A DNA stretch of 64,000 nt from Alphaproteobacteria bacterium. GTDB lineage: Bacteria > Pseudomonadota > Alphaproteobacteria > MPNO01 > UBA830. The stretch is taken from NCBI GenBank assembly GCA_964291215.2, contig OZ219791.1, forward strand, positions 544,001 through 608,000, in the 5' to 3' direction. This document shows positions 1-10,185 of the stretch, one piece after another; position 1 is the first letter of the stretch, and each line of letters begins with the position of its first letter. The notes below the pieces were generated by a model that worked only from the letters and a program-made list of their open reading frames with translations, had not been told where the DNA came from and searched no databases. A program made the position numbers and the translations under genes.

Positions 1-89
1 TCGTACTTGGTGCCGGTTTTTCCCATTCCGACGCCATCCACAATGCCGCGCATGACAGCCGCCATGCCTTTGCCTTTCCCTGCCACTAG
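1..89 (+). CDS. cbtB: Cobalt transporter subunit CbtB, 3' end (partial)
   Basis: Frame from nt 3 reads VLGAGFSHSDAIHNAAHDSRHAFAFPCH*, the HNAAHDxRH...FPCH CbtB C-terminus; lies directly upstream of cbtA. Confidence 0.9.
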   Translation, partial: VLGAGFSHSDAIHNAAHDSRHAFAFPCH

Positions 90-101
90 GACCCACGAGC
101 C

Positions 102-989
102 GTGTATCGCAGGATTTTCGCAACGGCCTTGATCGCCGGCCTTCTGGCAGGCCTCGGCATCACGGCAATCCAGGAAGTAACGACCACGCCCCTCATCCGC
201 CACGCGGAAAAATTCGAAACCGCCGCGCCGGATTCGCCGCACCGGCACGGTGCGCTTGAACGCCGCCTCAGCCTGACGCGGGAAGCGCACGGCCACGACA
301 CCCTCTCCCCCCATGCGCATTTCACCGGCGAGGCCCAGGCCCACGAGACCCTTTCCCCTCATGCGCATTTCGCCAGCGAGGCCCGGAGCCACGAGACCGC
401 AGCGCCTCATCTGCATGCCGCCGGACGAGCCCGGGCGCATGACAGCAGCTCCGAAGCCGGCGGCAGCTATCCGGGCTCGGACACCGCAGAGTCGGGAACC
501 GGCATCGGACCCATCTTTTACACCGCGATGGCCAACGTGCTCACGGCCATCGGCTTCGCCCTGGTACTCGTCGCCTGCTTCGCTCTGGCCGGACGGCCAG
601 TAAGCGGCCGCGAAGGCGTGCTCTGGGGAATCGCGGGCTTCACCGTCGCAAGTCTCGCGCCCGCTCTCGGTCTTCCTCCGGAAGTCCCCGGTGCGATGGC
701 CGCGGAACTGGGCGCCCGGCAGGGATGGTGGCTGTTGTGCGCCGTCGCCACGGCCAGCGGGCTCTGGCTCTTGGTGTTCCGCCGGAGCCCACCTTGGATG
801 ATTGCGGGTTTGGCGCTTCTCGTGATGCCACATCTCGTCGGCGCACCGCAACCCCTGGAACTCGGCGGTTCGGCGCCGCCCGAGATCGCGGCCCATTTCG
901 TTGCCGCCTCGCTAGTCACCGCCGCGGTATTCTGGACCGGGCTCGGCTGGCTCGCCGGCACCTTCTGGAACCGCCTGGCACCACGTTAG
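102..989 (+). CDS. cbtA: Cobalt transporter subunit CbtA with expanded His-rich loop
   Basis: MYRRIF..AGLLAG N-terminus, LAPALGLPPEVPG and RQGWW motifs, multiple TM segments; follows cbtB. Confidence 0.9.
   Translation: MYRRIFATALIAGLLAGLGITAIQEVTTTPLIRHAEKFETAAPDSPHRHGALERRLSLTREAHGHDTLSPHAHFTGEAQAHETLSPHAHFASEARSHETAAPHLHAAGRARAHDSSSEAGGSYPGSDTAESGTGIGPIFYTAMANVLTAIGFALVLVACFALAGRPVSGREGVLWGIAGFTVASLAPALGLPPEVPGAMAAELGARQGWWLLCAVATASGLWLLVFRRSPPWMIAGLALLVMPHLVGAPQPLELGGSAPPEIAAHFVAASLVTAAVFWTGLGWLAGTFWNRLAPR
282..443 (+). repeat. In-frame 48-bp tandem repeat (about 3.3 copies) encoding 16-aa His-rich units
   Basis: EAHGHDTLSPHAHFTG (282-329) / EAQAHETLSPHAHFAS (330-377) / EARSHETAAPHLHAAG (378-425) / RARAHD. 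Confidence 0.9.
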
Positions 990-1025
990 CGCGTTGGCGG
1001 AGGACGGTTCAGTCCGCGTCCTAAA

Positions 1026-2764
1026 CCGAAGTTCCAGAGCCGATCAGACGTAAGTGCCTGATAGAAATCACATTCAATAAATTTCAGCGGTGTCTGTCTG
1101 GGTACACCAGGGCTTCACGCCTAGGAGCTTGAATGCCCTTCTCTGGAGCGGCGTGGGCCGTGTGGTGACCTGGAAGGGTTCGGCGCCCGCAAGGCGGGGC
1201 GCCACGGTGTTGCGGGTGGCAAGATCGCCGATGAGGGTGCGGAAGCTGTGCCCCCTCCGGGCGTCCTCTTCGTTGTTGCCTTGGCCCGGGCGCTCGCCGA
1301 GACTTCTGCCGGCGCCACGACGGACGGCCGCCTTCGGCATCCTCGTCGTCGAACAGCATGGGCTTCAGTCGCATGTGCCATGTAGTAGGCGAGCATGCAC
1401 AGGAAGATGTGGGCCCGGGGCGGTGGTAGACGGGACGGACCTTCAGGTCCTTGAGGCTGCGGAAGGCCCGTTCCACGGAGCTCAGCCGCTTGTAGGCGCG
1501 CACCGTGCCGGGACCGTCGAGCTCGCTCTGCGGCAGGCTGGTGCGGACCACGTAGAGACCGTCGAGCCTGGCCTCGGCAGCGATCGCAGCCTCATCGCGC
1601 CCATAGGTGAAGACACCGTCATCGTCGATGGACCACGTGAAGTGCTTCGCCATCCTGCCGATGACCTTCCGCTCCCCGATCTTCCCGGCGCTTGTCGCGC
1701 CGTGTCGCTGCGGCAATCGGTGCGAGCCTCGGTGGCCTCGAGCAGTTCCTGGCGCTTGCGAGCCCGATCCAGCAGGGGGTTGCGGCAGAGGCGTTCGCCG
1801 GGATACGCATTGCTGGTGATCTCCACCAGGTCTCTCTCGTCGAAGAGCGACATCTCGATGTCGCCGGCCTCCACCAGTGAACGGATGGCCGGTCCCCTCA
1901 AGGCGCTGATCCAGTCCAGACCCGCAGGCTTGACCTCCTCGCGGATCCGCGCCTCGGTCAGCATCCCCCGGTCCCCCACCAGTACCACCTTCGCAAAGGA
2001 GAACCGCTCCCGCAGCGTGGCGATCTGTGAGGACACCGTGGCCGGGTGTTGCCGGGGAACACCCGCACCGACACCCGTCCCGGTCGCACAGAAGGCCGAC
2101 TGCAGCTTGCCCTTCTTGCCATCCCGGGAATGACCCCGTTGGGCCAAGGGGCATGCCCTCCCCTCCATCCACACGGAAGTCAGGAGCACCAGGCAGCCCT
2201 CTTCGAGGTGCCGCCAGGGGATCTTCTCCTGACGTTCCAGGAGCCGTAGAGGGCATTCTCGTCCAACTCCGCATCAAGGTGCTGACCGCTGTCGCCAGCC
2301 CCCTGGCCAGCTTCGAGGCGGGCTCAAGGATGCGTGCCACGATCATGGCGAAAACCTGATCGCGCTCGGGAGAAGGCTTCGGGTCGATCCGCCGGTCCAG
2401 TTTCTTCAGGGTTCCCAGCACCGCGGCGACATGGGGAAGAGAGCGGACGAGGCGTCGTTGAGACCTGCGGTTCCTCCCTTGAGCAGAATGCGCAATCCCT
2501 CGATGAGAGCGGGCTTGGAAAGGTTGGCGAGGGTGCGCTTCTTGACCGTTCCGGCTTCGCGGTAGGACTCGCGGAGCAGGATGGCGGGCGGGGACGAGCG
2601 GTTGGGGATGGATTCGATATACATGGCTATAGGCGGCAGATCCATGGATGTCAAGCATCCAACATAATATTACATGGGTACAATATGACGCACGAAAAAT
2701 CCAATAAACCACACTGCATCAATGACTTGGCGTGCATTTCAACCGGAATTTTCTGGAACTTCGG
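1026..2764 (-). mobile_element. IS1634-family insertion sequence (decayed)
   Basis: Perfect 13-bp TIR CCGAAGTTCCAGA (1026-1038 / 2752-2764); 6-bp direct repeat CCTAAA at 1020-1025 and 2765-2770. Confidence 0.9.
1074..2624 (-). pseudogene. IS1634-family DDE transposase, multiply frameshifted
   Basis: Fragments in all three frames: MYIESIPNRSSPPAILLRESYRE, GHSRDGKKGKLQ, VVLVGDRGML, LDGLYVVRTS, YKRLSSVERAFRSLK, TRPTPLQRRAFKLL. Confidence 0.88.
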
Positions 2765-2765
2765 C

Positions 2766-3779
2766 CTAAAACCCTTCCGGCCCGCGCGAGACACCGGCTT
2801 CCGCAAATGTCGCCATGCCCCGGTGCGCGGCGACAGCGACACGCACCACCCCGAGGGCCGCGGCCGCGCCGGTTCCTTCGCCGAGACGCATCCCGAGATC
2901 CAGAATCGGCTCCTTGCCAAGCGCGCGCAGCAGGCGCCGATGGCCCGGCTCCGCCGAGACGTGCCCGGCAACGCAGTGATCAAGCGCTCCGGACCGGGAT
3001 TTTTCGAGCACCGCAGCAGCGGCCGTCGCCACAAAGCCGTCGAGGATCACGGGCACCTGTCGGCGGCGGGCGCCAAGTACGGCGCCGGCGAGCGCCGCGA
3101 TTTCGTAGCCGCCGACCCGGCAGAGCGCCTCGACCGGGTGTCCGATTTCACTGCCATGGAGGTCGGCCGCCGCAGCGACAACCCGTGTCTTGACCGCCAC
3201 CCCGACGGGATCGAGACCGGTTCCCGGACCGGTCCAGTCGGCAGCGGTGCCGCCGAACAGCGCGCAGGCAAGCGCCGCGGCTGCGGTGGTGTTGCCTATG
3301 CCCATCTCCCCGACGACAAGCATGTCCGCATTGCCGGGCACGGCGTCGAACCCGGTCCGGAAGCACGACGCGCACGCCCCCTCATCCATGGCCGGCGCCG
3401 TGGTGAAGTCCGCGGTCGGCTGTCCGCCGAGAAGCTCGACAACCTTAAGCCCGGCCGAATGCACGCCAGCCATCTGGTTGATCGCGGCACCGCCGGTGGA
3501 CAGGCAGTGCAGCATCTGCCCCGTTACCTCCGGCGGGTATGCCGAAACGCCGCGCGCGGCAACACCGTGATTTCCGGCAAACACCAAGATCCGCACATCG
3601 TCGAGGCGGGGAGGATGACGTGCCTGCCAGGCAGCGCACCATTCGGCCAGCATTTCCAGCCGGCCAAGCGCCCCCTCCGGCTTGACGAGTTCGGCTTCGC
3701 GCTCGCGCGTGCGGGCGATGGACTCCCGGTCGGAATCAGGCATATTATCGAACAGCCTGACAATATCGTCGTAATCCAA
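2766..3779 (-). CDS. cobT: Nicotinate-nucleotide--dimethylbenzimidazole phosphoribosyltransferase
   Basis: KPEGALGRLE, FAGNHGV, GEMGIGNTT, LDLGMRLGEGTGA motifs. Confidence 0.95.
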   Translation of the reverse strand: MDYDDIVRLFDNMPDSDRESIARTREREAELVKPEGALGRLEMLAEWCAAWQARHPPRLDDVRILVFAGNHGVAARGVSAYPPEVTGQMLHCLSTGGAAINQMAGVHSAGLKVVELLGGQPTADFTTAPAMDEGACASCFRTGFDAVPGNADMLVVGEMGIGNTTAAAALACALFGGTAADWTGPGTGLDPVGVAVKTRVVAAAADLHGSEIGHPVEALCRVGGYEIAALAGAVLGARRRQVPVILDGFVATAAAAVLEKSRSGALDHCVAGHVSAEPGHRRLLRALGKEPILDLGMRLGEGTGAAAALGVVRVAVAAHRGMATFAEAGVSRGPEGF

Positions 3780-3831
3780 CGAAGGCCTCCCCGCTTACAC
3801 GGATGGCAACACATAGCACGTTGGCACCGGC

Positions 3832-4620
3832 ATGACTGATTCGGAACGCGAACAGCTGATCCCTGCCATATTCGGAGACATCTATGCCAGCGTTGTCTTC
3901 CTGACCCGCCTTCCGGCGCCGCCATGGGCGGAAGCGGCTCGGCGCCCGCTGGCAGGCGCCATGTGGGCGTTTCCCCTGTCCGGCGTTCTCGTCGCCACAG
4001 TCATGGCCGCCTTCTATGCCGGCGGAGCGGGGTGCGGCCTGCCACCGGTTCTCTCGGCGCTGATCGCGATTGCGGGCGGCGCTCTCCTTACGGGAGGCCT
4101 GCATGAGGACGGGCTAGCGGACTTCGCCGATGGCCTGGGCGGCGGGACGACGCCGGAACGGCGGCTGGAGATCATGTCGGACAGCCGTATCGGAACATAC
4201 GGCGTGCTCGTGCTGGTCATTTCGGTTGGCGGCAAAGCGGCTGCGCTTGCCGCGATCGGCGATGTGTTCGCGGTATTCGGCGCCCTGGTCGCGGCGGCGG
4301 CGATCAGCCGCGGGCTTCTGCCGATCGTCGTTGCATCGATGGAACCGGCCAAGGAGGACGGACTCGGCCGGCTTGCAGATCGCCCGACTGCGCCGGTCTG
4401 GGCGGTCGCCCTCGGGCTCGGAGTTACCATCGTCATTCTCGCCGCACCAGGCGGCTGGATCGGGTGTCTGCTCGCCGCCGCGATCGCCGCCCTGGTGACT
4501 GGCTGGATCGCCCGTCAGGCTATCGGCGGCTATACCGGTGACGTTCTCGGCGCCGTCCAGCAGGCTGCAGAATTCCTTGCCCTCGTCCTGATTGCCGGGG
4601 TCATGACGCCAGACGGTTGA
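3832..4620 (+). CDS. cobS: Adenosylcobinamide-GDP ribazoletransferase (cobalamin synthase)
   Basis: FLTRLP, TGGLHEDGLADFADG, IMSDSRIGTYG, GGYTGDVLGA motifs. Confidence 0.95.
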   Translation: MTDSEREQLIPAIFGDIYASVVFLTRLPAPPWAEAARRPLAGAMWAFPLSGVLVATVMAAFYAGGAGCGLPPVLSALIAIAGGALLTGGLHEDGLADFADGLGGGTTPERRLEIMSDSRIGTYGVLVLVISVGGKAAALAAIGDVFAVFGALVAAAAISRGLLPIVVASMEPAKEDGLGRLADRPTAPVWAVALGLGVTIVILAAPGGWIGCLLAAAIAALVTGWIARQAIGGYTGDVLGAVQQAAEFLALVLIAGVMTPDG

Positions 4621-5203
4621 CGAACCGCACGCGCCACGCATCGGCATCGAAACGGTCGCAACGGGTTACCGACAGCGTGTCGATCATGAACGACGACGCG
4701 ACCTCCGGCTGCACCCCGAGAGCCGCGGCAAGAAAACCCCTGACGCTGCCGGCGTGGATCACCGCGACCACGTTCCGGCCGGAAAGGCGGCGCGACCAGG
4801 AATCGGCAGCTGCCGATACCCGGTGCGCCACCTCGGAGAACCGCTCACCGCCAGGCGGTTCCATGTCGTGCCAGGACAGTCCCGCATCGTTCAACTCGTC
4901 CCAGAGGTCGGGCCGCGACCGCCCCTCCCAGTCCCCGAAATGCTGCTCGGCGAAGTCCGGCTCCTCGAATATCTCCGCGCCATCGACGCCCCTGGCGCCA
5001 AGAATCGCATCAAGTGTGCGCCGCGTCCGCGACAGGTTCGAGACGATCCACGCGGGATTGTCGGGGAGCATCGCCGAAAGCGACCGGAAATGCGCCTCCG
5101 GCGGCAGGATGACGCCGAGATCGAGCGCCCCATAGGCCAGGTCGTCCGGATTCGCCACCGGCGCATGACGGACGAGCCACCATTGCGTGACCTGATCACT
5201 CAT
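4601..5203 (-). CDS. Histidine phosphatase, probable alpha-ribazole/adenosylcobalamin phosphatase
   Basis: LVRHA catalytic motif, EQHFGDWEG, VIHAG; cob context. Confidence 0.85.
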   Translation of the reverse strand: MSDQVTQWWLVRHAPVANPDDLAYGALDLGVILPPEAHFRSLSAMLPDNPAWIVSNLSRTRRTLDAILGARGVDGAEIFEEPDFAEQHFGDWEGRSRPDLWDELNDAGLSWHDMEPPGGERFSEVAHRVSAAADSWSRRLSGRNVVAVIHAGSVRGFLAAALGVQPEVASSFMIDTLSVTRCDRFDADAWRVRFVNRLAS

Positions 5204-6186
5204 GACGCAAGCGCCCTTTCGAGCCGGCGCCAGTGAGCCTCGGGGCCGGGAAGGCCGAAACGCAGGAATTGCTCATTCTCCGGGAATCTCCTGACATGGA
5301 TGCCGGCCCTGCCGAGCCGCGCATGAATGTGCTGCGCGTCAGCATGGAGGCAATGACGAAACAGCGAGGTACCGCCGGCAATCCGCATGCCCGCGGCACC
5401 GAGGACGGCGTCGAGTCGTTCAGTCGCAGCCGCCAGCGCGGCGCGGGTTCGCGCCTGCCATTCGGTGTCGGCCAACGCCGCCGTCCCGATCTCGGCCGCC
5501 ACCGACGACACGGGCCACGGGCCAAGCACCCGGCGGAGGTCTCCGGCGGTTTCCGGATCCGCTATCGCGAAGCCGAGCCGCAGTCCCGGCCACCCGAAGA
5601 ACTTGCCGAACGAGCGCAGGATTATCACGTTGGCCGGCGCCCCGGCAACCAGCGACAACGCCGGGTCGAGATCAGCGAACGCTTCGTCGACGACGACCTG
5701 GCCGCCACGCTTTCCCAGCGTCCGAGCCAGCGCCAGGATCCGGTCCGGGTCCACGACCCTTCCGTCGGGATTGTTGGGCCGGGTCAGCACCACGACATCC
5801 GCATCGACGGCGGCGGCGGGATCGGCAATCTCCTTGACCAGATGGCCGGCCGCGGCCCAGACGGGCGCGTGTTCGCCATAGGTCGGCGCGACCACGGCTA
5901 CGCGGCCCGCCGGTCGCAATCGGGGGAACCACTGGATCAGAGCCTGTGTTCCCGGCGCTGATACCACCCGATCCGGATCGTGACAGCCATATGATGCGGC
6001 CGCTGCAGCGCGCAGGCCTTCGAGCAGGCCGCTGTCCGGCAGGCGCCAGGCAGCCGCCATCGCGGCCGGATCGGCGGGCCACGGCCACGGATTGACGCCG
6101 GTGCTCAGATCCACCCAGCCCTCTGCCGGAGTCCCGAACTGTTTGGACGCAGCCGCCAGATCGCCACCATGCAGGATCTCGCTCAG
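5200..6186 (-). CDS. cobD: Threonine-phosphate decarboxylase (PLP-dependent; CobD/CobC)
   Basis: HGGDL..WVDLSTGVNP N-terminus extends upstream of the listed ORF; PNNPDG, VDEAF, RSFGKFFG motifs; start assigned to CTG at 6186 (uncertain). Confidence 0.9.
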   Translation of the reverse strand: MSEILHGGDLAAASKQFGTPAEGWVDLSTGVNPWPWPADPAAMAAAWRLPDSGLLEGLRAAAAASYGCHDPDRVVSAPGTQALIQWFPRLRPAGRVAVVAPTYGEHAPVWAAAGHLVKEIADPAAAVDADVVVLTRPNNPDGRVVDPDRILALARTLGKRGGQVVVDEAFADLDPALSLVAGAPANVIILRSFGKFFGWPGLRLGFAIADPETAGDLRRVLGPWPVSSVAAEIGTAALADTEWQARTRAALAAATERLDAVLGAAGMRIAGGTSLFRHCLHADAQHIHARLGRAGIHVRRFPENEQFLRFGLPGPEAHWRRLERALAS

Positions 6187-6719
6187 GACTCATCCCCCTT
6201 GAGCGCAAGCGGGAGACCCGCCGCGACGAGCACAACCCGATCGGCGACGCCGGCGACCGCCTGGTTGAGCGTGCCATGGAGATCCCGGAACCTGCGCGAA
6301 AGAGGGTTGTCGGGGACGATGCCGTAGCCGATTTCGTTCGAGATAACCACTGCTGGGCCGCGCACCGCCCCAAGCGCCGTGACCAGTGCCGCCGTCTCGG
6401 CGCCGGCATCGCGCTTGCACATGACCAGGTTCCCGAGCCATACGGTCAGGCAATCGATCAGCACTGCGTTCCCGGTCCGCGCATTGGCCTGGAGCGCCGC
6501 GGCAAGCTCGAGCGGCGCCTCGATCGTCGTCCATGCCGCGCTTCGCCGTGCGCGATGATCCGCTATTCTCGCCGCCATCTCATCGTCCGTTTCCTCTGCG
6601 GTCGCAATGTAGATTTGGCGAAGGCCGCTCTCCCCGACGAGAGACTCGGCATAGGCGCTCTTGCCCGAGGCGGCGCCCCCCACCACGAGCGTAACGGCCG
6701 GGAGCGTACCGTCGGTCAC
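6183..6719 (-). CDS. cobU: Adenosylcobinamide kinase / adenosylcobinamide-phosphate guanylyltransferase
   Basis: GGAASGKSAYAE P-loop, YIATA, IDCLTVWLGN, SNEIGYGIVP; GTG start inferred. Confidence 0.95.
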   Translation of the reverse strand: MTDGTLPAVTLVVGGAASGKSAYAESLVGESGLRQIYIATAEETDDEMAARIADHRARRSAAWTTIEAPLELAAALQANARTGNAVLIDCLTVWLGNLVMCKRDAGAETAALVTALGAVRGPAVVISNEIGYGIVPDNPLSRRFRDLHGTLNQAVAGVADRVVLVAAGLPLALKGDES

Positions 6720-6986
6720 GGAGTCATGCTCTCGCAGGAAAGCGCACGCACCGCGCAGGACCCGCAGCCGGGACGTGGGCGACATCCGCCCTCGGCAGCT
6801 GCGCGCGGGCAGCGCATACGACATCTCTGACGGAAAAGGCGATACAGGTCACTGGAACGGGTCCGCAGGTTCGGGTGACTCCATTATTCATCGACTGCGT
6901 TGCGGCGCAACCAGCGTAGTGGTGTATACATCAGGGAAGCGGCGCCGGGGAAACGGCTGCCGCACGAAACCGGGAGGAGAGCGGCC

Positions 6987-7823
6987 ATGGGCTACGCGAC
7001 GGCGCCGGACGGCGTAAGGCTTTATTTTGAGGAGGTGGGGAGCGGGGTGCCGATCCTCTTCATCCACGAGTTCGCCGGCGATCATCGTGCCTGGGAGCCG
7101 CAACTGGCCCATTTCGGGCGGCGGTGGCGCTGCATCACCTATTCCGCCCGCGGGTACCCGGGATCAGATATTCCCGAAGATCCGGAGAGCTACTCGCAGG
7201 ATATTGCCCGCGACGACGCCCTTGCCGTGCTCGATCACCTCGGCATCGAAAAAGCCCACATCGTCGGCCTGTCCATGGGCGGCTTCGCGACGGTGCATTT
7301 CGGCTTCACCTATCCCGGACGCGCGCTCTCGCTCACCATCGGCGGTTGCGGCTACGGCGCGGAACCGTCCACCCGCGAGGAATTTCAGGCGGTAGCGCTC
7401 GATGCCGCGGAGAACTTCGAAACACGCGGCGCCGCCGACTACGCAGAGGAGTACGGTATAGCCCCCGGCCGCGAGCAGTATCAGCGGAAGGATCCGCGGG
7501 GATGGCGTGCTTTTGTCGACCGGCTTGCCGAACATTCCGTTATCGGATCCGCGCTCACCATGCGTGGCGTGCAGGCGAGGCGTCCGGGCCTGTGGGACCT
7601 TGAGGAGAAAATTCGCACAATCTCGGCCCCCGCGATGATAGTTACCGGAGACGCCGACTGGCGCTGCCTCACCCCGGGCGTCTTCATGAAGGATTGCATC
7701 CGGGATGCACGGCTGTTCGTCCTGCCCGACACCGGACACCTGCTCAATCTGGAGGAGCCGGCCCTGTTCAACATGGTGCTTGACGACTTTCTCGCATACG
7801 CTGAGGCGGCCGAGAAATCCTGA
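6987..7823 (+). CDS. Alpha/beta fold hydrolase
   Basis: IHEFAGD, GLSMGG nucleophile elbow, GHLLNLEEP; RBS GGAGGAG before ATG 6987. Confidence 0.9.
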   Translation: MGYATAPDGVRLYFEEVGSGVPILFIHEFAGDHRAWEPQLAHFGRRWRCITYSARGYPGSDIPEDPESYSQDIARDDALAVLDHLGIEKAHIVGLSMGGFATVHFGFTYPGRALSLTIGGCGYGAEPSTREEFQAVALDAAENFETRGAADYAEEYGIAPGREQYQRKDPRGWRAFVDRLAEHSVIGSALTMRGVQARRPGLWDLEEKIRTISAPAMIVTGDADWRCLTPGVFMKDCIRDARLFVLPDTGHLLNLEEPALFNMVLDDFLAYAEAAEKS

Positions 7824-7892
7824 ACCCTGCTGTCACGCGGCCGCGGCGCCCTCGAAAACCCCGCCGGTACGGCAACGTTCCTCGGCACAAGC

Positions 7893-8154
7893 CTGTTCTC
7901 GCTCATCAGCCAGAACTGGCGCGGCAAGCCGCTGCGCAGCCTCGCGACCATCATCAGCCTGATCAGCGCAACCACCACCGAAGCCGGCCTCAAGGTCTAT
8001 TGCGATGTCGACGAAAACACCTATCCGAAGGGAATCAAGGTCGACGATGCCGAAATAAAGGCTCTCGACATCAAGCGCGCTAAATTTCAAGTCAAGTGGA
8101 GCTATTCGCTCTTGCCAACACCCAATACAGACGCCGTTGTTTCGTGACGGGCCC
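7893..8154 (+). mobile_element. ISAzo13-family remnant: transposase C-terminus and right end
   Basis: LFSLISQNWRGKPLRSLATIISLISATTTEAGLKVYCDVDENTYPKGIKV..KWSYSL, stop at 8147, then end-like GTTGTTTCGTGACGGGCCC. Confidence 0.8.
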
Positions 8155-8436
8155 CCAGAAGGCGCGAAAGGGCGTCCGTCGCACCTCAAGCGACAATGTG
8201 AAGAGCTCCGACTGGAACTCGACCGCCCATTTCATCGCCGGAATATGTATTTGCAGTCATATGAAGTCAAGTTCATTGCCGTGATCTCCTGGACCGGTTG
8301 TGATGAACGGAACGCGCCGCGGTGCGCGAGGAGAGGCCGGATGCGGCGGAGCGCCTCAGATCGTGAGGCGGCATTCCCGAACATGCGTTCGGGCGCCGTT
8401 TGCTGCATAATCCCGACCATCAACGCGGAGCGTGTC

Positions 8437-9346
8437 TTGCCAATTGCCGTCCTTTCCCTCCTGCTGTTGCTCCTAGCCGCCGTCTCGCCGGCATTCGCCG
8501 GCGCCGCGAAAGCATTGCGCATTGCGGCCTGGAATCTTGAGCATCTGAACGACAACGAAACCAAAGGTTGCCTGCGGCGCACGCAGGAAGATTATGACGC
8601 CATCGGCCGCGCGGTCATGGAACTCGACGCAGCGGTGATCGCGTTTCAGGAAGTGAAAAACGAGGCCGCGGCGCGTCTTTCCGCCGGCGACTTGGCATAT
8701 CGAGATATCGACCCGGCCCGATCCGGGTCCAGGCGCCCCGTGCCGGGACCGGCCGGAGAGCCGTCTCGGTCATCTGGCGACAGGTTTCGCCATCCGTAGC
8801 GATGTCTCCTATGAGCGCAATCCCGACCTGTCCGCCCTCGGAAAACTCGACTTGTTTCAACGCTGGGCAACTGACGTGACGATTACGGCGGGCGGGCGCA
8901 GCCTGCGGCTGCTCTCAGTCCATCTCAAGACGGGGTGCTGGGGTTCGCCGCAGGATCGGGATTCCCAGCGAACCCAAATCTGCGAAACGTTGCGGAGACA
9001 GATGCTGATCCTCAAAGGCTGGGCCGATGCGCGTCGCCAGGATGGAACCGTGTTCGTGATTCTGGGCGACTTCAACCGCCGCCTCGCGGTCTCCGGCGAC
9101 TGGGCATGGCAAATCCTGTCACCGCCGACCGCGCGGCTCCACTTGGCGACTGCAGGCCAGATTACCCGTTGCGACCCCCGCTACAACCAGTATATCGACC
9201 ACCTTATCCTGGATGACGGGGCGGCGGACATGGTCGTGGAGAATTCATTCCGCGAACGGCCGCGCCACGGCCGTCACCCGGATCACTGTGTGGTATCCGT
9301 CGAATTCTCGCTGGCCGCGGCCGGCATCGGGCGCGCCCGCAAGTAG
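8437..9346 (+). pseudogene. Secreted endonuclease/exonuclease/phosphatase (EEP) family protein, one frameshift near 8674
   Basis: Signal peptide, AAWNLEHL and FQEV in one frame; VFPPATWHIE..SVHLKTGC, ILGDFNR, IDH, DHC in the next frame. Confidence 0.8.
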
Positions 9347-9926
9347 TGTTGTCGGTTGGATAAAACGGCGGGATTTCGGCGATTCGCCGCACTTTTCAGG
9401 ATCGTGTTTCTTTGCTGTTGTCAGGCCCTGTTGTCGCGGTTTCAGTGTTTGTCTGTTTGTCTCTGTGAATTTCGCCCGTTTTCTTCCCTGTTGTCGTTTC
9501 GGTCCGGTTCCGGTTTTTCTGCCGGCATGTGATCCGGGCTCCTGAGGGTTGTCGGGAAGGTTCTGGTGTTTCGCGGGATCGTCTGCCTTTCCTGTCGCCC
9601 GGGTCCTGTTGTCCGGGCCCGGGGCGCCCTCGCGACGCCAGCACCAACAGATCAGCCTCGCCGCAAGGAGCCTTCCCAACGTCAGGACCATCGTCCTCGC
9701 GCAGGGCCACGACGAGGCCGGAGAACGTCAGGCCGAAACCCTGCGCACAAGGCTGAAGGTCCCCCTCGCGTCACGCTCCACAGACGCCGACCGCCAGAAA
9801 ACGAAGACCGCGCGGCCTCTCGTCAACGCCGCATGTCCTCGTACCCGTGTTCGCCCAATCCACACAGCCAACCGCTCAAAAGCGCGGTTCTCCGCCGAAA
9901 TCCCCCGTTCTGAATCGCCGCCGACA
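9347..9926. mobile_element. Non-autonomous TGT...ACA-ended element with 5-bp target duplication
   Basis: Imperfect 35-bp IR TGTTGTCGGTTGGATAAAACGGCGGGATTTCGGCG vs TGTCGGCGGCGATTCAGAACGGGGGATTTCGGCG; AGTAG at 9342-9346 and 9927-9931. Confidence 0.7.
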
Positions 9927-10185
9927 AGTAGAGCCGGAATTCTCACCGGCAAGATGACGTTTCCGGTAGATGGGCGCGCGGCACTGGTGCGCCGGCGTCG
10001 GAGAGAACGAGTTCGAGTTCGCAATTGGCGGCAGCGGCGAACATCCTGGCGTCAGGGATTGACGATACTGCGCGGGGAGGTTGCCGGCATGCCGGGCCGA
10101 TCAACCGCGAAATCAACCGGGAGGCCGCATATCGCACTTTGGGGTTCGAACCGCCACAGCAGCGGAGCGCAACCGTTCGGCAGCC

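Noticed and set aside
6720-6986. Cobalamin riboswitch upstream of cobU
   Set aside because: No recognisable B12-box or GGGAA/CCCGCAACTGT core on either strand.
8155-8330. AT-richer patch after the ISAzo13 end, possibly another IS remnant
   Set aside because: No TIR, target duplication or convincing transposase motif.
9932-10185. Possible gene relic (GPINREINREAAYRTLGF) with a short repeat
   Set aside because: Too short, with no recognisable family motif.
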